From: Verrucomicrobia subdivision 3 bacterium UBA693
GTDB taxonomy: Bacteria > Verrucomicrobiota > Verrucomicrobiia > Limisphaerales > UBA8199
Length of the DNA: 64,000 bases
Direction: 5' to 3'
Assembly (NCBI GenBank): GCA_002298785.1
Contig: DBMR01000059.1
Span: 123,094-187,093 of the forward strand
Under the pieces are notes generated by a model that saw only the letters and a program-made list of their open reading frames with translations, ran no database searches and was not told where the DNA came from. Of this stretch, positions 1-9,391 are shown in pieces. The position numbers and the translations under genes were made by a program. Within the stretch, counting starts at the first letter, position 1; each line of letters starts with the position of its first letter.

Positions 1-1
1 C

Positions 2-1207
2 GGGCTTGTCCAGGCCGATCCACGCAATGCCCACCGGGTTATTTGGACCTGGGGGCAGGATCAACCGTGAAGTAATCGTGCGCGCTTCCGGCGATTCAGG
101 GAACAACTCCGGGTTAAATGTGTAGTTTGGATTTGGGGCGATGGCAGCCACGTGCAGTTCGCCCACGGGACGTTTTTCAACGTAGCGGGCGATGCTGCAA
201 GGGAAGTGCAGCAGCAGGTTGGTGTTTGCGTCGAAGGCCTCGAGGACTTTTTCCGCCAGCCGGATTTCGATCCAGGCCGCTTTGGTGGTGAAAGGCGGGC
301 AGCACGCGTCAGGGATTTGCACCTCAACGCCGGCCGTAAGGTTAGTCCAATCCAGACCGGAGTTGAATCGGCGCACCAGGCTGGGGGAGGCATGGCCGCG
401 TTCCGCCACCAGTTCCAGGGCCGATTCATAACCCAGGGTGCTTTGTCGGGATTTGCCCAGCCAAGACGGACTAAGAGGTTGCAAACTAGCCAGGTCATTC
501 GTGGTGAGGATATAGGTGGTGAGGATGGGCCGGGCGAGTCTCAGCTCGCCCCGGGTTGCGACATCCCAATCCCCGGTGGGAGTTAATCCGAGCTGCTTCT
601 GGTAGGCACGCAAGGCGCTGCGGGTTTGCGAACCCAGTACACCGTCCAGGGAACCGCTGGAGATTCCCAACCGCTCCAGGGCTACTTGAACCTCGAGAAT
701 ATCGCGCGGTTCACGCGGAAAACCCGCTACATTCGTAACGACGGCCGTGGTGGCTCGCTCAGTCAGGGTTGTCGAGGCACTGGCAGTGGGCACATTGGTG
801 GCTGATGCGGCTCCAGAACGACTGGCATTGGGGGCGCTACGCACCGTCGGTGGATTGGTGGCGGGTCGCTGGGGACTTGGTGCGACCGACCCGGTTGTGC
901 GAGGGAGGCCGGTTGGTGGTAGGGATTCGATTTTTGCTGTGTTGGTTTTTGCCAAAGATCGGGGTGTTAGCGCCGGTAGATTGGTGTCGCGTCGTAGGAT
1001 TCGCACCGAGGTCGAATCTCTCGGCAAATTTGTGCGTGAGCTCGAGGTTTTTGAAGCGGGGGCCTCGGCTTCCGGTCGGCTGAGGGTCTTCCCCGCGTGC
1101 CACCAGAACCAGATCAATACGATCAGGCAAAACAGCACCAGCAGCCAAAGGTAGGTGGACCCGGCCTGGCCAAGCGATTCCTTCCGTTTGCTCTGGGTGC
1201 GGAACAC
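2..1207 (-). CDS. L,D-transpeptidase (YkuD domain) with PG_binding_1 domain, N-terminal transmembrane anchor and S/T/P-rich linker. The C-terminus runs off the window start. Not in the ORF track; I translated it by hand.
   Basis: I translated the minus-strand frame by hand and confirmed it at four points (nt 2-180, 601-660, 721-780, 1081-1260). The N-terminus reads ..KRKESLGQAGSTYLWLLVLFCLIVLIWFWW.., a TM helix. The PG-binding motif is ..SGSLDGVLGSQTRSALRAYQKQLGLTPTGDWD... The YkuD-like start is IEIRLAEKVLEAFDANTNLLLHFPCSIARYVEKRPVGELHV..GPNNPVGIAWIGLDKP. There is no in-frame ATG after the upstream stop; the likely start is GTG at 1207. Confidence 0.6.
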   Translation of the reverse strand, partial: MFRTQSKRKESLGQAGSTYLWLLVLFCLIVLIWFWWHAGKTLSRPEAEAPASKTSSSRTNLPRDSTSVRILRRDTNLPALTPRSLAKTNTAKIESLPPTGLPRTTGSVAPSPQRPATNPPTVRSAPNASRSGAASATNVPTASASTTLTERATTAVVTNVAGFPREPRDILEVQVALERLGISSGSLDGVLGSQTRSALRAYQKQLGLTPTGDWDVATRGELRLARPILTTYILTTNDLASLQPLSPSWLGKSRQSTLGYESALELVAERGHASPSLVRRFNSGLDWTNLTAGVEVQIPDACCPPFTTKAAWIEIRLAEKVLEAFDANTNLLLHFPCSIARYVEKRPVGELHVAAIAPNPNYTFNPELFPESPEARTITSRLILPPGPNNPVGIAWIGLDKP

Positions 1208-1484
1208 GCCCTGATTAAGCCGGGTTCGGCCTCCGCAATCAATACCGGAACGGACCGAGCGGAAGGAAGACCTTGCCTGCGGTGACCGTGCACGGATGAA
1301 CCTTGGCTAGGGAAAACGTTGCCGAGGGAAGAACTCGACTAAACCGCTTGCGAACGGGTGGCTATTTTACAACAATCGGTATGCCGGTAGTAATCGTGCA
1401 TGCACCGGCGCCCGGCCGGGCTAAGGCCATGGACGCGTAAGTGATCCATTTTGAGCGTATACTAACTAACCTAAGATCGTAAAA

Positions 1485-2885
1485 ATGAAAGACACACCAA
1501 AAGCTACTCCATTTACCCGCCGTGATTTTATTCGGCGCAGTGCGCTCGCGGCCGGAACCGCGGCGATGTATTTCCCATACGTGGGGCGTGTGCTCGGCGC
1601 CAATGACCGCATCAACATCGCCTGCGTGGGTGTTGGCGGCAAAGGCGACAGTGACAGTTCCGACGCTGGCAAGAACGGCGGCAACATTATCGGGCTGTGC
1701 GATGTCGATCAAAATACTCTAAACAAGAAAGCGCAGCAGTTCTCAGGGGCCCGGAAGTTCCAGGATTATCGCCGCATGTTCGATGAGATCGGCAAGGACA
1801 TCGACGCGGTGACCGTCTCGACTCCGGACCATAACCATGGGGGAGCGGCCATTCGGGCCATGAAGCTCGGCAAACATGTATTCTGTCAGAAGCCGCTGAC
1901 GCAAAACGTGGCGGAGGCCCGGGAGATGCGGCAGTTGGCCAAAGATAAGAAGCTGGCCACTCAGATGGGCAACCAGGGCAGCGCCGAATCGGGGCTCCGT
2001 CGCGCAGTCGAGGTCGTCCAAGCGGGTGTCATTGGCAAGCCGTTGGAACTGCATGTCTGGACTAACCGCCCGGTCTGGCCGCAAGGGCTCGACCGTCCGG
2101 CGGGATCGGACCCGGTTCCCGATACGCTCAACTGGGATTGCTGGCTCGGACCGGCAGCCAATCGGCCTTTCAAGAAAGACGTTTACCACACCTTCAAATG
2201 GCGTGGTTGGTACGATTTTGGGACCGGCGCCCTGGGCGATATGGCGTGTCATACGGTGAACATGCCGTTCCGCGCCCTCAAGTTGGGCTTCCCGGATGTC
2301 GTGGAATGCGAAATGGCGTCCAAGATCTACGCCGAAACGTTCCCGAAGACCGCGCGGATCCGCTTTGAATTCCCGGAACGCGAAGGCCTGCCGCCGCTCA
2401 AATTCTGGTGGTATGACGGAAATCCCAACGACGCGCTCAAACCCATCCGTCCGACCGCCGAAGCAACGCACGAAATCGTCACCACGATGGGCAAGTTGCC
2501 GGAAGCGGGTGCGCTCATCATCGGTGAGAAGGGCAAGCTCTTTTCACCCGACGACTACGGCGCTCGTTTCTTCCTGGCCATGAAGGGGCAGGACGAGATG
2601 ACCCCGGGCGACAACCATGATGCCTGCAAGAATGTGGCACAGACGATCCCCCGCTCCCCGGGGCACATGAAGGAATGGTTCGAGATGATGAAGAACGGCA
2701 CTCCCGCTTACTCGAACTTCGACATCGCGGCTTATCTGACCGAGATCATTCTACTGGGCTGCATCGCGCTGCGCGTGGGCGAAGGCGTGCGCATGGAGTG
2801 GGATGGGCCCAACATGAGATCCAAGAACCTCCCGGAAGCGGAGAAGTTCGTCAAACGGCAGAACCGTGAGGGTTGGACCGCGTAA
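1485..2885 (+). CDS. Gfo/Idh/MocA-family NAD(P)-dependent oxidoreductase with twin-arginine (TAT) signal
   Basis: The N-terminus RRDFIRRSALAAGTAA is a TAT motif. INIACVGVGGKG is a Rossmann-type segment. The overall pattern matches periplasmic Gfo/Idh/MocA proteins. Confidence 0.8.
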   Translation: MKDTPKATPFTRRDFIRRSALAAGTAAMYFPYVGRVLGANDRINIACVGVGGKGDSDSSDAGKNGGNIIGLCDVDQNTLNKKAQQFSGARKFQDYRRMFDEIGKDIDAVTVSTPDHNHGGAAIRAMKLGKHVFCQKPLTQNVAEAREMRQLAKDKKLATQMGNQGSAESGLRRAVEVVQAGVIGKPLELHVWTNRPVWPQGLDRPAGSDPVPDTLNWDCWLGPAANRPFKKDVYHTFKWRGWYDFGTGALGDMACHTVNMPFRALKLGFPDVVECEMASKIYAETFPKTARIRFEFPEREGLPPLKFWWYDGNPNDALKPIRPTAEATHEIVTTMGKLPEAGALIIGEKGKLFSPDDYGARFFLAMKGQDEMTPGDNHDACKNVAQTIPRSPGHMKEWFEMMKNGTPAYSNFDIAAYLTEIILLGCIALRVGEGVRMEWDGPNMRSKNLPEAEKFVKRQNREGWTA

Positions 2886-2900
2886 CATTAGTTATCAAGA

Positions 2901-3683
2901 ATGTACCAGGTAATTTTGGCCCTGGCGCTGACCGTCACTTCTTTAATGGCCCAGACAGCGCCGGGCCAAAACCCCACCAACAACCCGGCCGCCGCCGCTT
3001 CCGGCGCGCGCGACGTGGTTTCGCTCCCAGGCGGATTCGAGATTGCGATCGATACCACCGATACTCCCGACCTGACCACTTGGACGCGGGAGAATTTGAT
3101 ACCGATGACCCGCCACTGGTATCCCAAGCTGGTCAAGCTGTTGGCGAGCGAAGGCTTTGACGCGCCGAAACAGCTAACGGTGACATTCAAAGCCGGTATG
3201 GACGGGGTCGCCGCCACGAGTGGGACCAACATTTCCTGTGCGGCGCGCTGGATGCGGCAGGAGTTGAACGGGGAGGCCGTGGGCAGCATTTTCCACGAAT
3301 ACGTTCATGTGGTGCAAAGCTACGGGCATGCGCGGGCACGGGGCGGCCACCGAAACCCCGGTTGGCTGGTGGAAGGTCTGGCGGATTATCTCCGCTGGTT
3401 CCTTTACGAGCCGGAGAGTCGCGGCGCCGAGATCGGCAAGCGCGGGTTGGCGCGTGCTCGATTTGACGGGAGTTACCGGGTTACCGGCAATTTCCTCAAC
3501 TGGGCAACTGTGAACTACCACCGGGATCTTCCCTATAAACTGAATGCTGCGATGCGGGAAGGAGTTTACTCGGAGGAACTGTGGGCTGAGATCACCGGCC
3601 ACCCGTTGTCCGAGTTGGGAGAGCTTTGGAAGACGACGTTAGAGAAGAAAGTGGCTAACGAGACGAAATCTCAACCCGAGTAG
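2901..3683 (+). CDS. secreted basic-secretory-protein (BSP, PF04450-like) family putative zinc peptidase
   Basis: A signal peptide (ALALTVTSLMAQTA) and an HExxH motif (FHEYVHVVQ). The ~260-aa size is typical of BSP-family proteins. Confidence 0.55.
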   Translation: MYQVILALALTVTSLMAQTAPGQNPTNNPAAAASGARDVVSLPGGFEIAIDTTDTPDLTTWTRENLIPMTRHWYPKLVKLLASEGFDAPKQLTVTFKAGMDGVAATSGTNISCAARWMRQELNGEAVGSIFHEYVHVVQSYGHARARGGHRNPGWLVEGLADYLRWFLYEPESRGAEIGKRGLARARFDGSYRVTGNFLNWATVNYHRDLPYKLNAAMREGVYSEELWAEITGHPLSELGELWKTTLEKKVANETKSQPE

Positions 3684-3688
3684 TCAGC

Positions 3689-5053
3689 ATGGAAGCAGAC
3701 ATCGCGGGCGGTATCGGCTCTGCCAGGGAAGAACCTCCTAGCCGTTTCCCGAGCCGGTGGTCGTGGTGCCTGCTGGCCTTCCTGTCAATTCTCGTCACTC
3801 CAGGTCTTTGTTTTGCCCAAGCCGGCCTGGCCGTGGCGGCAAGCCATCGGGACGCGGTCTATCAATTGGGGGAGACTATTGAATGGAGCGTTCAGGCTAC
3901 CAACGGTAACGTCGCTGGTGCGGAAGTGGTTTACACCGTCAAAAAGGGCGGATTGACCGTGATCAAGGAGGGTAAGCTGGATTTGGCTGGGGGACGTGAA
4001 TTGATTCGAATGCCTGCATCCGAGCCTGGCACCCTGCTTTTGGAGGTCAAAGCCCAGGGGACGAATAACCAAAAACTGCGCGAATTGGCGGCGGCCGTGA
4101 TTGCCCCCGCACAGATTCGATCGGCCCATGCCCGTCCAGCTGATTTCGACAAGTTCTGGAAGGCAAAACTGAAGGAGTTGTCGAAAGTTCCCGCGAACTC
4201 ACAATTGGTCCCGGGAGTGTCGGAACGGGAGGGGATCGATTATTGGCAAATCTCGATGGATAACATTCGGGGCTCGCAAATTCGGGGGCAGTTGGCGCGT
4301 CCTGCTGGTCGTGGAAAGCTACCGGCGCTGCTGGTCGTTCAGTGGGCTGGGGTCTATGGCCTGCAAAAAGCTTGGATTAACGACCGCGCCGCTGCCGGTT
4401 GGCTGGTGCTGAACATCAACGCGCACGATTTGCCGATCGACCAGCCGCCGGCGTTTTACGAGGAACAATTCAAGGGGCCGTTGAAGGATTATTGGGCCAT
4501 CGGCAATGACGACAGAGACCAGAGTTATTTTTTGCGGATGTACCTTTCCTGCTACCGGGCGGCGCAATACCTGGTAGAGCGCAGGGATTGGGATGGGAAG
4601 ACACTGGTGGTGATGGGCACCAGCCAGGGCGGACAGCAAGCGTTGATGACTGCTGGATTCCATCCCCGAATCACCGCCGCAGTGGCTAATGTGCCGGCGG
4701 GCTGCGATCTGGCAGGACCGGAAGTTGGACGCAGCCCCGGTTGGCCCGGTTGGTATTACAGGACCGCAGGGAAAGACCCAGTGAAGGTGGTGGAGACGAG
4801 CCGCTATTACGATGTCGTGAATTTTGCCACGCGCATCAAGTGTCCAGTATTGGTCGGCGTGGGTTTGGTGGATGAAACCTGTCCCCCCGAAGGGATACTC
4901 GCCGCCATGAACCAGATCAAAGGCCAAAAGGAAGTGGTGTTACTGCCGCAATCGGATCACCAGGGAAGGAACAACACGCACCAAGCCTTCAACGACCGGT
5001 CCGCGGTATGGTTGGCGGCACTGGTAAAGGGGCAGGGGATCCCGCCCCGTTAA
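3689..5053 (+). CDS. acetyl-xylan-esterase (AXE1)-like alpha/beta hydrolase, secreted
   Basis: GxSQGG nucleophile motif (MGTSQGGQQAL). The C-terminus carries D/H residues (..QSDHQG..). There is an internal signal peptide (LLAFLSILVTPGLCFAQA), so the true start may lie downstream of 3689. Confidence 0.7.
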   Translation: MEADIAGGIGSAREEPPSRFPSRWSWCLLAFLSILVTPGLCFAQAGLAVAASHRDAVYQLGETIEWSVQATNGNVAGAEVVYTVKKGGLTVIKEGKLDLAGGRELIRMPASEPGTLLLEVKAQGTNNQKLRELAAAVIAPAQIRSAHARPADFDKFWKAKLKELSKVPANSQLVPGVSEREGIDYWQISMDNIRGSQIRGQLARPAGRGKLPALLVVQWAGVYGLQKAWINDRAAAGWLVLNINAHDLPIDQPPAFYEEQFKGPLKDYWAIGNDDRDQSYFLRMYLSCYRAAQYLVERRDWDGKTLVVMGTSQGGQQALMTAGFHPRITAAVANVPAGCDLAGPEVGRSPGWPGWYYRTAGKDPVKVVETSRYYDVVNFATRIKCPVLVGVGLVDETCPPEGILAAMNQIKGQKEVVLLPQSDHQGRNNTHQAFNDRSAVWLAALVKGQGIPPR

Positions 5054-5068
5054 TCCAGTTTCGCAGCG

Positions 5069-6943
5069 CTATTCCGCGGTCTTCCGGGCAAGCTTTTCGT
5101 CAGCCATGGCCGCATCATACACCATCGCGGCCAGAATGACCGAAGCTTGTCGGGCGTCCTCCGGAATGATGCGATCCAAGGTGTCCTGGTTGGAATGATG
5201 GGTGCGGCTGAAGTAGTCCAGCGGATCCTGAATAAATTGAAAACCCGGCAATCCAATCGCGTCGAAGGAGAGGTGGTCGGTGCCGGAGGTGTTGCCGGCG
5301 GAAATCGTCTCCGCACCGAGGTCCCGGAAAGGATCGAGCCATTGACGGAAGAGCGGGCGTAGCTTTTCGTTTCCCTGCAGGTAGATGCCACGAATCTGGC
5401 CAGCGCCGTTATCCACATTGAAATAGGCCGAGAACCGCCGGTATTCCCGGGTAGTCACCAACTTTTGACCACCGGTGGGCTTGGCTGCCGAGCGTGACTT
5501 GCGGTTCTGCTTATCACGCGGAGCAAGCAGGTCGTCGCTGTCTGGCGTCGCGTTTGTGTAATACCCAAAATGCCGCGTAACGTATGCCTTGGACCCGAGG
5601 AGGCCCTGTTCTTCTCCCGACCACAACGCGACCCGGATGGTGCGGCGCGGGTGCAGATTGAGGACTTTGATCAGACGCACGGCCTCCATCGCTTCTGCGG
5701 CCCCGATGGCATTGTCTGTGGCGCCAGTGCCCGCATGCCAGGAATCCAAGTGTCCGCCAAGCATCACGACTTCGTCTTTGAGGTCGGTGCCCGGGATTTC
5801 CGCCACGGTGTTGTAGGACATCAGGTCCTTATCATTAAATGAGACGTTGAGCTCCACCGCCATCTTGAGGGGCACGTTTTGCTGGGCCAGGCGCACCAGC
5901 CGGTTGTAATCCTCCGTGGCCACAGTGATCTGTGGCGGGCAGGGTGGCGCGTTTGTTTGCCACGCCCGGGGGGCATTAGACATGCTCCCGCCGGCGGTGC
6001 GCGGCAGAAAAGCAGCTCCAACGAACAAAGAACCACCATCTCCCAACGAACTAGGGAATACTACGAGCGCCGCCGATTGCTCCTGCAGAAATGCCATAGT
6101 CCGGGCGCGCCTTCCCAAGTCAAAAGCGGGTGCGCTTTCCCCGGCGAAACGACTGGTGTTCGTGCTGATCCCCGCCGCATTGTTGGTCGGGGCATTGAGG
6201 CGTGTCGGGCGGGACGCGTTGGTGTCGAGCCGGGTCAGGGACTCGGTGGAGCGACCGCCGCGCGTGGCGCTTCCAGGATTCGCATTGGCCAGTCGCAGCA
6301 GGTTGGTCTCGGCCAGGCGAGTTGCCAAGGGCTCAAAGCGCGGCTTTATCTCGCGAACCGGGTTGGCGAGGACGATCTTGCCCGCCAATTGTCCTTTGAA
6401 CTTCTCCAAGTCATTGGTGGAGGCGGTATTGAGATATACAACGTCTGCCAGCAGCGGCTGTTTCAATCCGGGACTCCAGGCATTGGGAGCCGCAATCAAT
6501 GGAAACGAGTAGGGCTCAACGACCTGCGCGCTGAACCGTTTGAGGGTCCAGCCTCGGCCAAACGGACCCCAAGGCTCCAACTCTGCCTTCTCCAATCCCC
6601 ATTTGCGCATTTCGTCCCGGGCCCATTCCGCCGCTCGCTTATGCTCCGGTGATCCCGTAAGCCTCGGGCCATTCACTTCTGTGAGATGGCTGACGATCTC
6701 CATTACCTTGGAACGGTTCAAGCCTTCTTCGCGAATTCGAGAGATGGCGTCGTTTGTCGCAGCCGGGCTGTAACTCGAGCCGATAGAACTAAGAGCGACT
6801 ATGAGCGCGCAAACCGCTGGGCGCCTGGGAAAATGCTGGGGCCTCATATTGATGGCTGAGCAGCATGCAAGCCCGGCTCCGGTTAGGAAAGCAAAAACCG
6901 AAGTCAGATTCGGGCGCTGAATGCACGATATCAGGCGTGACAA
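5069..6943 (-). CDS. M28-family metallo-aminopeptidase with PA domain, secreted
   Basis: GGHLDSWHAGTGATDNAIGAAEAMEAVRLI is the M28 zinc-ligand region. A signal peptide begins at an internal Met (MRPQHFPRRPAVCALIVALSS), so the probable start is ~6847. Confidence 0.85.
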   Translation of the reverse strand: MSRLISCIQRPNLTSVFAFLTGAGLACCSAINMRPQHFPRRPAVCALIVALSSIGSSYSPAATNDAISRIREEGLNRSKVMEIVSHLTEVNGPRLTGSPEHKRAAEWARDEMRKWGLEKAELEPWGPFGRGWTLKRFSAQVVEPYSFPLIAAPNAWSPGLKQPLLADVVYLNTASTNDLEKFKGQLAGKIVLANPVREIKPRFEPLATRLAETNLLRLANANPGSATRGGRSTESLTRLDTNASRPTRLNAPTNNAAGISTNTSRFAGESAPAFDLGRRARTMAFLQEQSAALVVFPSSLGDGGSLFVGAAFLPRTAGGSMSNAPRAWQTNAPPCPPQITVATEDYNRLVRLAQQNVPLKMAVELNVSFNDKDLMSYNTVAEIPGTDLKDEVVMLGGHLDSWHAGTGATDNAIGAAEAMEAVRLIKVLNLHPRRTIRVALWSGEEQGLLGSKAYVTRHFGYYTNATPDSDDLLAPRDKQNRKSRSAAKPTGGQKLVTTREYRRFSAYFNVDNGAGQIRGIYLQGNEKLRPLFRQWLDPFRDLGAETISAGNTSGTDHLSFDAIGLPGFQFIQDPLDYFSRTHHSNQDTLDRIIPEDARQASVILAAMVYDAAMADEKLARKTAE

Positions 6944-6972
6944 GTTTCGCGGTTTGTTTCGATACTGATGGT

Positions 6973-7926
6973 ATGCGACTGGCTGGCATTTTCTGCTTGG
7001 GATGGCTCTGGGTGCTGTCGGCTGCCGGAATGGAATATACCAACCCGGTAGTCCCGAAGGACTTTCCGGATCCTTCCGTCATCCGCGTGGGGAAAACCTA
7101 CTGGGCCACAGCCACGGGTTCGAGGTGGGCGCCGCATTTCCCGATAATGAAGTCCTCCGACCTGGTGCATTGGGAACGAGTTGGAGAAGTCTTTCCCAAA
7201 GCACCGGAATGGGCAGCGTCGAATTTTTGGGCGCCCGAAATTCAATCCTGGAAAGGGAAGTACTACGTTTATTACGTGGCGCGTCAGCGAGGTGGTCCGC
7301 TCGCTGTGGCGGTGGCAGTGGCCGATGAACCGCAAGGTCCATATGTCGACCAGGGTGTGATTGTGAGCCAGGAAGTCGGGTCGATCGATCCGGTGGCGGC
7401 TGATGACGAATCCGGGCAGCGCTACCTGATCTGGAAGGATGACGGCAATAGTCGTGGCCAGCCGACCTTCCTCTGGGCCTCCAAACTGAACGAGGACGGC
7501 ACCCGACTGGCGGGACCGCACGTGGCGTTGTTTCGAAATGACGCACCCTGGGAGGGCGGAGTAGTAGAAGGGCCCTTTGTGGTGAAGCATGACGATCAGT
7601 TTTACCTGTTTTACTCGGGCCATGGCTGCTGCGGACCGGGTTGCCGATACGCGCTCGGGGTGGCGCGGTCCAAGAAGCTCCTGGGACCATGGGAGAAGTG
7701 TCCGGCCAATCCAATTCTGGCTGCCAACGACGATTGGAGGTGTCCGGGGCACGGCAGCATTGTGCAAGACGAGTCGGGGCGCGAGTGGCTGTTGTACCAT
7801 GCGTATGCGGCCAAGCCCTCCGCCGAGCGGGGGCGGCAGGGCCTGCTGGATGAAATAAAGTGGGGTGCCGACGGTTGGCCAGTGATCAATGGAGGACATG
7901 GGCCCAGCACCAGGGGGCAGCGCTGA
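6973..7926 (+). CDS. glycoside hydrolase family 43 (beta-xylosidase/alpha-L-arabinofuranosidase-like), secreted
   Basis: DPSVIRVGKTYWATATGS is the GH43 N-terminal catalytic Asp motif. A signal peptide (MRLAGIFCLGWLWVLSAAG) is present. The ORF-track start at 6865 would overlap the upstream gene, so the internal Met at 6973 is preferred. Confidence 0.85.
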   Translation: MRLAGIFCLGWLWVLSAAGMEYTNPVVPKDFPDPSVIRVGKTYWATATGSRWAPHFPIMKSSDLVHWERVGEVFPKAPEWAASNFWAPEIQSWKGKYYVYYVARQRGGPLAVAVAVADEPQGPYVDQGVIVSQEVGSIDPVAADDESGQRYLIWKDDGNSRGQPTFLWASKLNEDGTRLAGPHVALFRNDAPWEGGVVEGPFVVKHDDQFYLFYSGHGCCGPGCRYALGVARSKKLLGPWEKCPANPILAANDDWRCPGHGSIVQDESGREWLLYHAYAAKPSAERGRQGLLDEIKWGADGWPVINGGHGPSTRGQR

Positions 7927-7996
7927 CCGGCACTCCTGGCTTGACCTTCCTGGCGCCAAGTTGGATTTTAGGCATTAACAAACTCTGATCGTAGGT

Positions 7997-8968
7997 ATGT
8001 ATAAAATCATCGGCGGAGATAAAAAGGAATACGGCCCGGTCGACGCTCAGCAGCTAAGGCGGTGGTTCACCGAGGGGCGGGTGAATGGGCAAACCCTGGT
8101 GCAAGGACCGAATTCGACAGAATGGCGGCCGCTGGAAACCTTTCCTGAATTGGCACCAATCGCCACCGAAGCAGTTCCCCCGGTGGCCCCGGCGATGGCG
8201 CCTGCCACCGCTACCGCCTCGACTGGAGCCAGTTTGCCGGATAACGACTACGACCTGGATATTGGCGGCTGTGTCAGCACTGCCTGGGATATATGGAAGA
8301 GGAATTTCGGCCTGCTCCTCAGCGGCGTGCTGGTGTTCATGCTGGTGCAATTGGGCCTGGGTTTGTTGGGTCAGATTCCTATTCTTGGACTGATTTTCAC
8401 GGCCGCGAGCATTATCCTGGGTGGAGTGTTTATGGGGGGGCTTTATTACTTTCTGCTGCGCGTCGTTCGCGGCGAACTCGCGGATATTGGTGACATATTT
8501 GCCGGGTTCCGAATAAACGTCGGCCATTTGATCCTGGTGAACCTTGTGGAGATACTCCTGATCGCCGTCGCGGCACTGCCGGGGTTGCTGATTGCCGGGG
8601 TGGGCATTTTCATGAAGTTGAAATGGCATGAGACAGGGCCAGTTTTCGTGGTCCTGGTGGTATTGGGGGGGCTGGTGGCGTTGATTCCGACGATCTATCT
8701 TCGAGTGTGCTGGCTTTACGCGGTCCCCCTTGTAATTGATAAGGGCATGGATTTTTGGCCGGCATTGGGTTACAGCCGGCAAATGGTTTCCAAGCATTGG
8801 TGGCCGGTGTTTGGGCTGTTGATTGTAACCAGCCTGATCAACATTGCCGGGTTGCTGCTGTGCTGCATCGGTATTTTTGCCAGTACCCCGTTGGCCTTTG
8901 CCGCCCTGGCTTGCGGATACGAGAGAATCTTCAATGGCCGAACCGCGTCCACCACAGTTACCCCTTAG
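7997..8968 (+). CDS. DUF4339 (GYF-like) domain membrane protein with multiple TM helices
   Basis: N-terminal ..KEYGPVDAQQLRRWFTEGRVNGQTLVQGPNSTEWRPLETFPEL matches the DUF4339/GYF-like fold. After an Ala/Pro-rich linker there are at least 6 hydrophobic helices. Confidence 0.55.
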   Translation: MYKIIGGDKKEYGPVDAQQLRRWFTEGRVNGQTLVQGPNSTEWRPLETFPELAPIATEAVPPVAPAMAPATATASTGASLPDNDYDLDIGGCVSTAWDIWKRNFGLLLSGVLVFMLVQLGLGLLGQIPILGLIFTAASIILGGVFMGGLYYFLLRVVRGELADIGDIFAGFRINVGHLILVNLVEILLIAVAALPGLLIAGVGIFMKLKWHETGPVFVVLVVLGGLVALIPTIYLRVCWLYAVPLVIDKGMDFWPALGYSRQMVSKHWWPVFGLLIVTSLINIAGLLLCCIGIFASTPLAFAALACGYERIFNGRTASTTVTP

Positions 8969-9320
8969 CCGGACCAAGGCGCGCAATTGCGCGTTCTTGA
9001 ATCAGTTGGGCACCCCTGGTTTGGGATCGCTCCTGGCCGGGCGCATCCTGGTGGGTATCGGCCAGCTCCTGCTGGCCATTGCTGGTTTCGGTTTTATTGT
9101 CGCCTGGTTCGCCATCACCATCATTCGCTTCTACCGAATGATGGAGCTGAATTCGGAGGTGGCCGGCGCTTCACCGATCGGGCTGGGCATTTGCGGTGCG
9201 GCGTTGTTCATCGTCGCCTGGCTCTGGTCCTTGGTCACCAGCATCTCGTTGCTGCGCCATGCGACAGAGCCATCCCTGAACCCGCCCGTCCCGCCCGGCA
9301 GTGACGACGATATCCGCTGA
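8934..9320 (+). CDS. small hypothetical membrane protein (2 TM helices). Overlaps the 3' end of the upstream gene in another frame.
   Basis: The ORF-track ORF 8844..9320 has an internal Met (MAEPRPPQLPLS) at 8934. Two hydrophobic helices follow (ILVGIGQLLLAIAGFGFIVAWFAI and LGICGAALFIVAWLWSLV). No homology is recognised. Confidence 0.4.
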   Translation: MAEPRPPQLPLSRTKARNCAFLNQLGTPGLGSLLAGRILVGIGQLLLAIAGFGFIVAWFAITIIRFYRMMELNSEVAGASPIGLGICGAALFIVAWLWSLVTSISLLRHATEPSLNPPVPPGSDDDIR

Positions 9321-9391
9321 GGGCTTGCTTAAAGCAGCCGAATCACAGAGTGATTTGCTTGCGATGCGCGGCCGCCTCACCATATTAGAAC

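Noticed and set aside
6865-6972. 5' extension of the GH43 ORF (start at 6865) overlapping the M28 peptidase gene
   Set aside because: The extension encodes MQARLRLGKQKPKSDSGAECTISG.. before a clean signal peptide that starts at the Met at 6973. Using 6973 removes the overlap and gives a normal secreted protein.
8844-8933. Upstream part of ORF 8844-9320 (MPGCCCAASVFLPVPRWPLPPWLADTRESS)
   Set aside because: Cys/Pro-rich, and entirely inside the C-terminal TM region of the DUF4339 gene. The internal Met at 8934 gives a more plausible small membrane protein, and even that is low-confidence.
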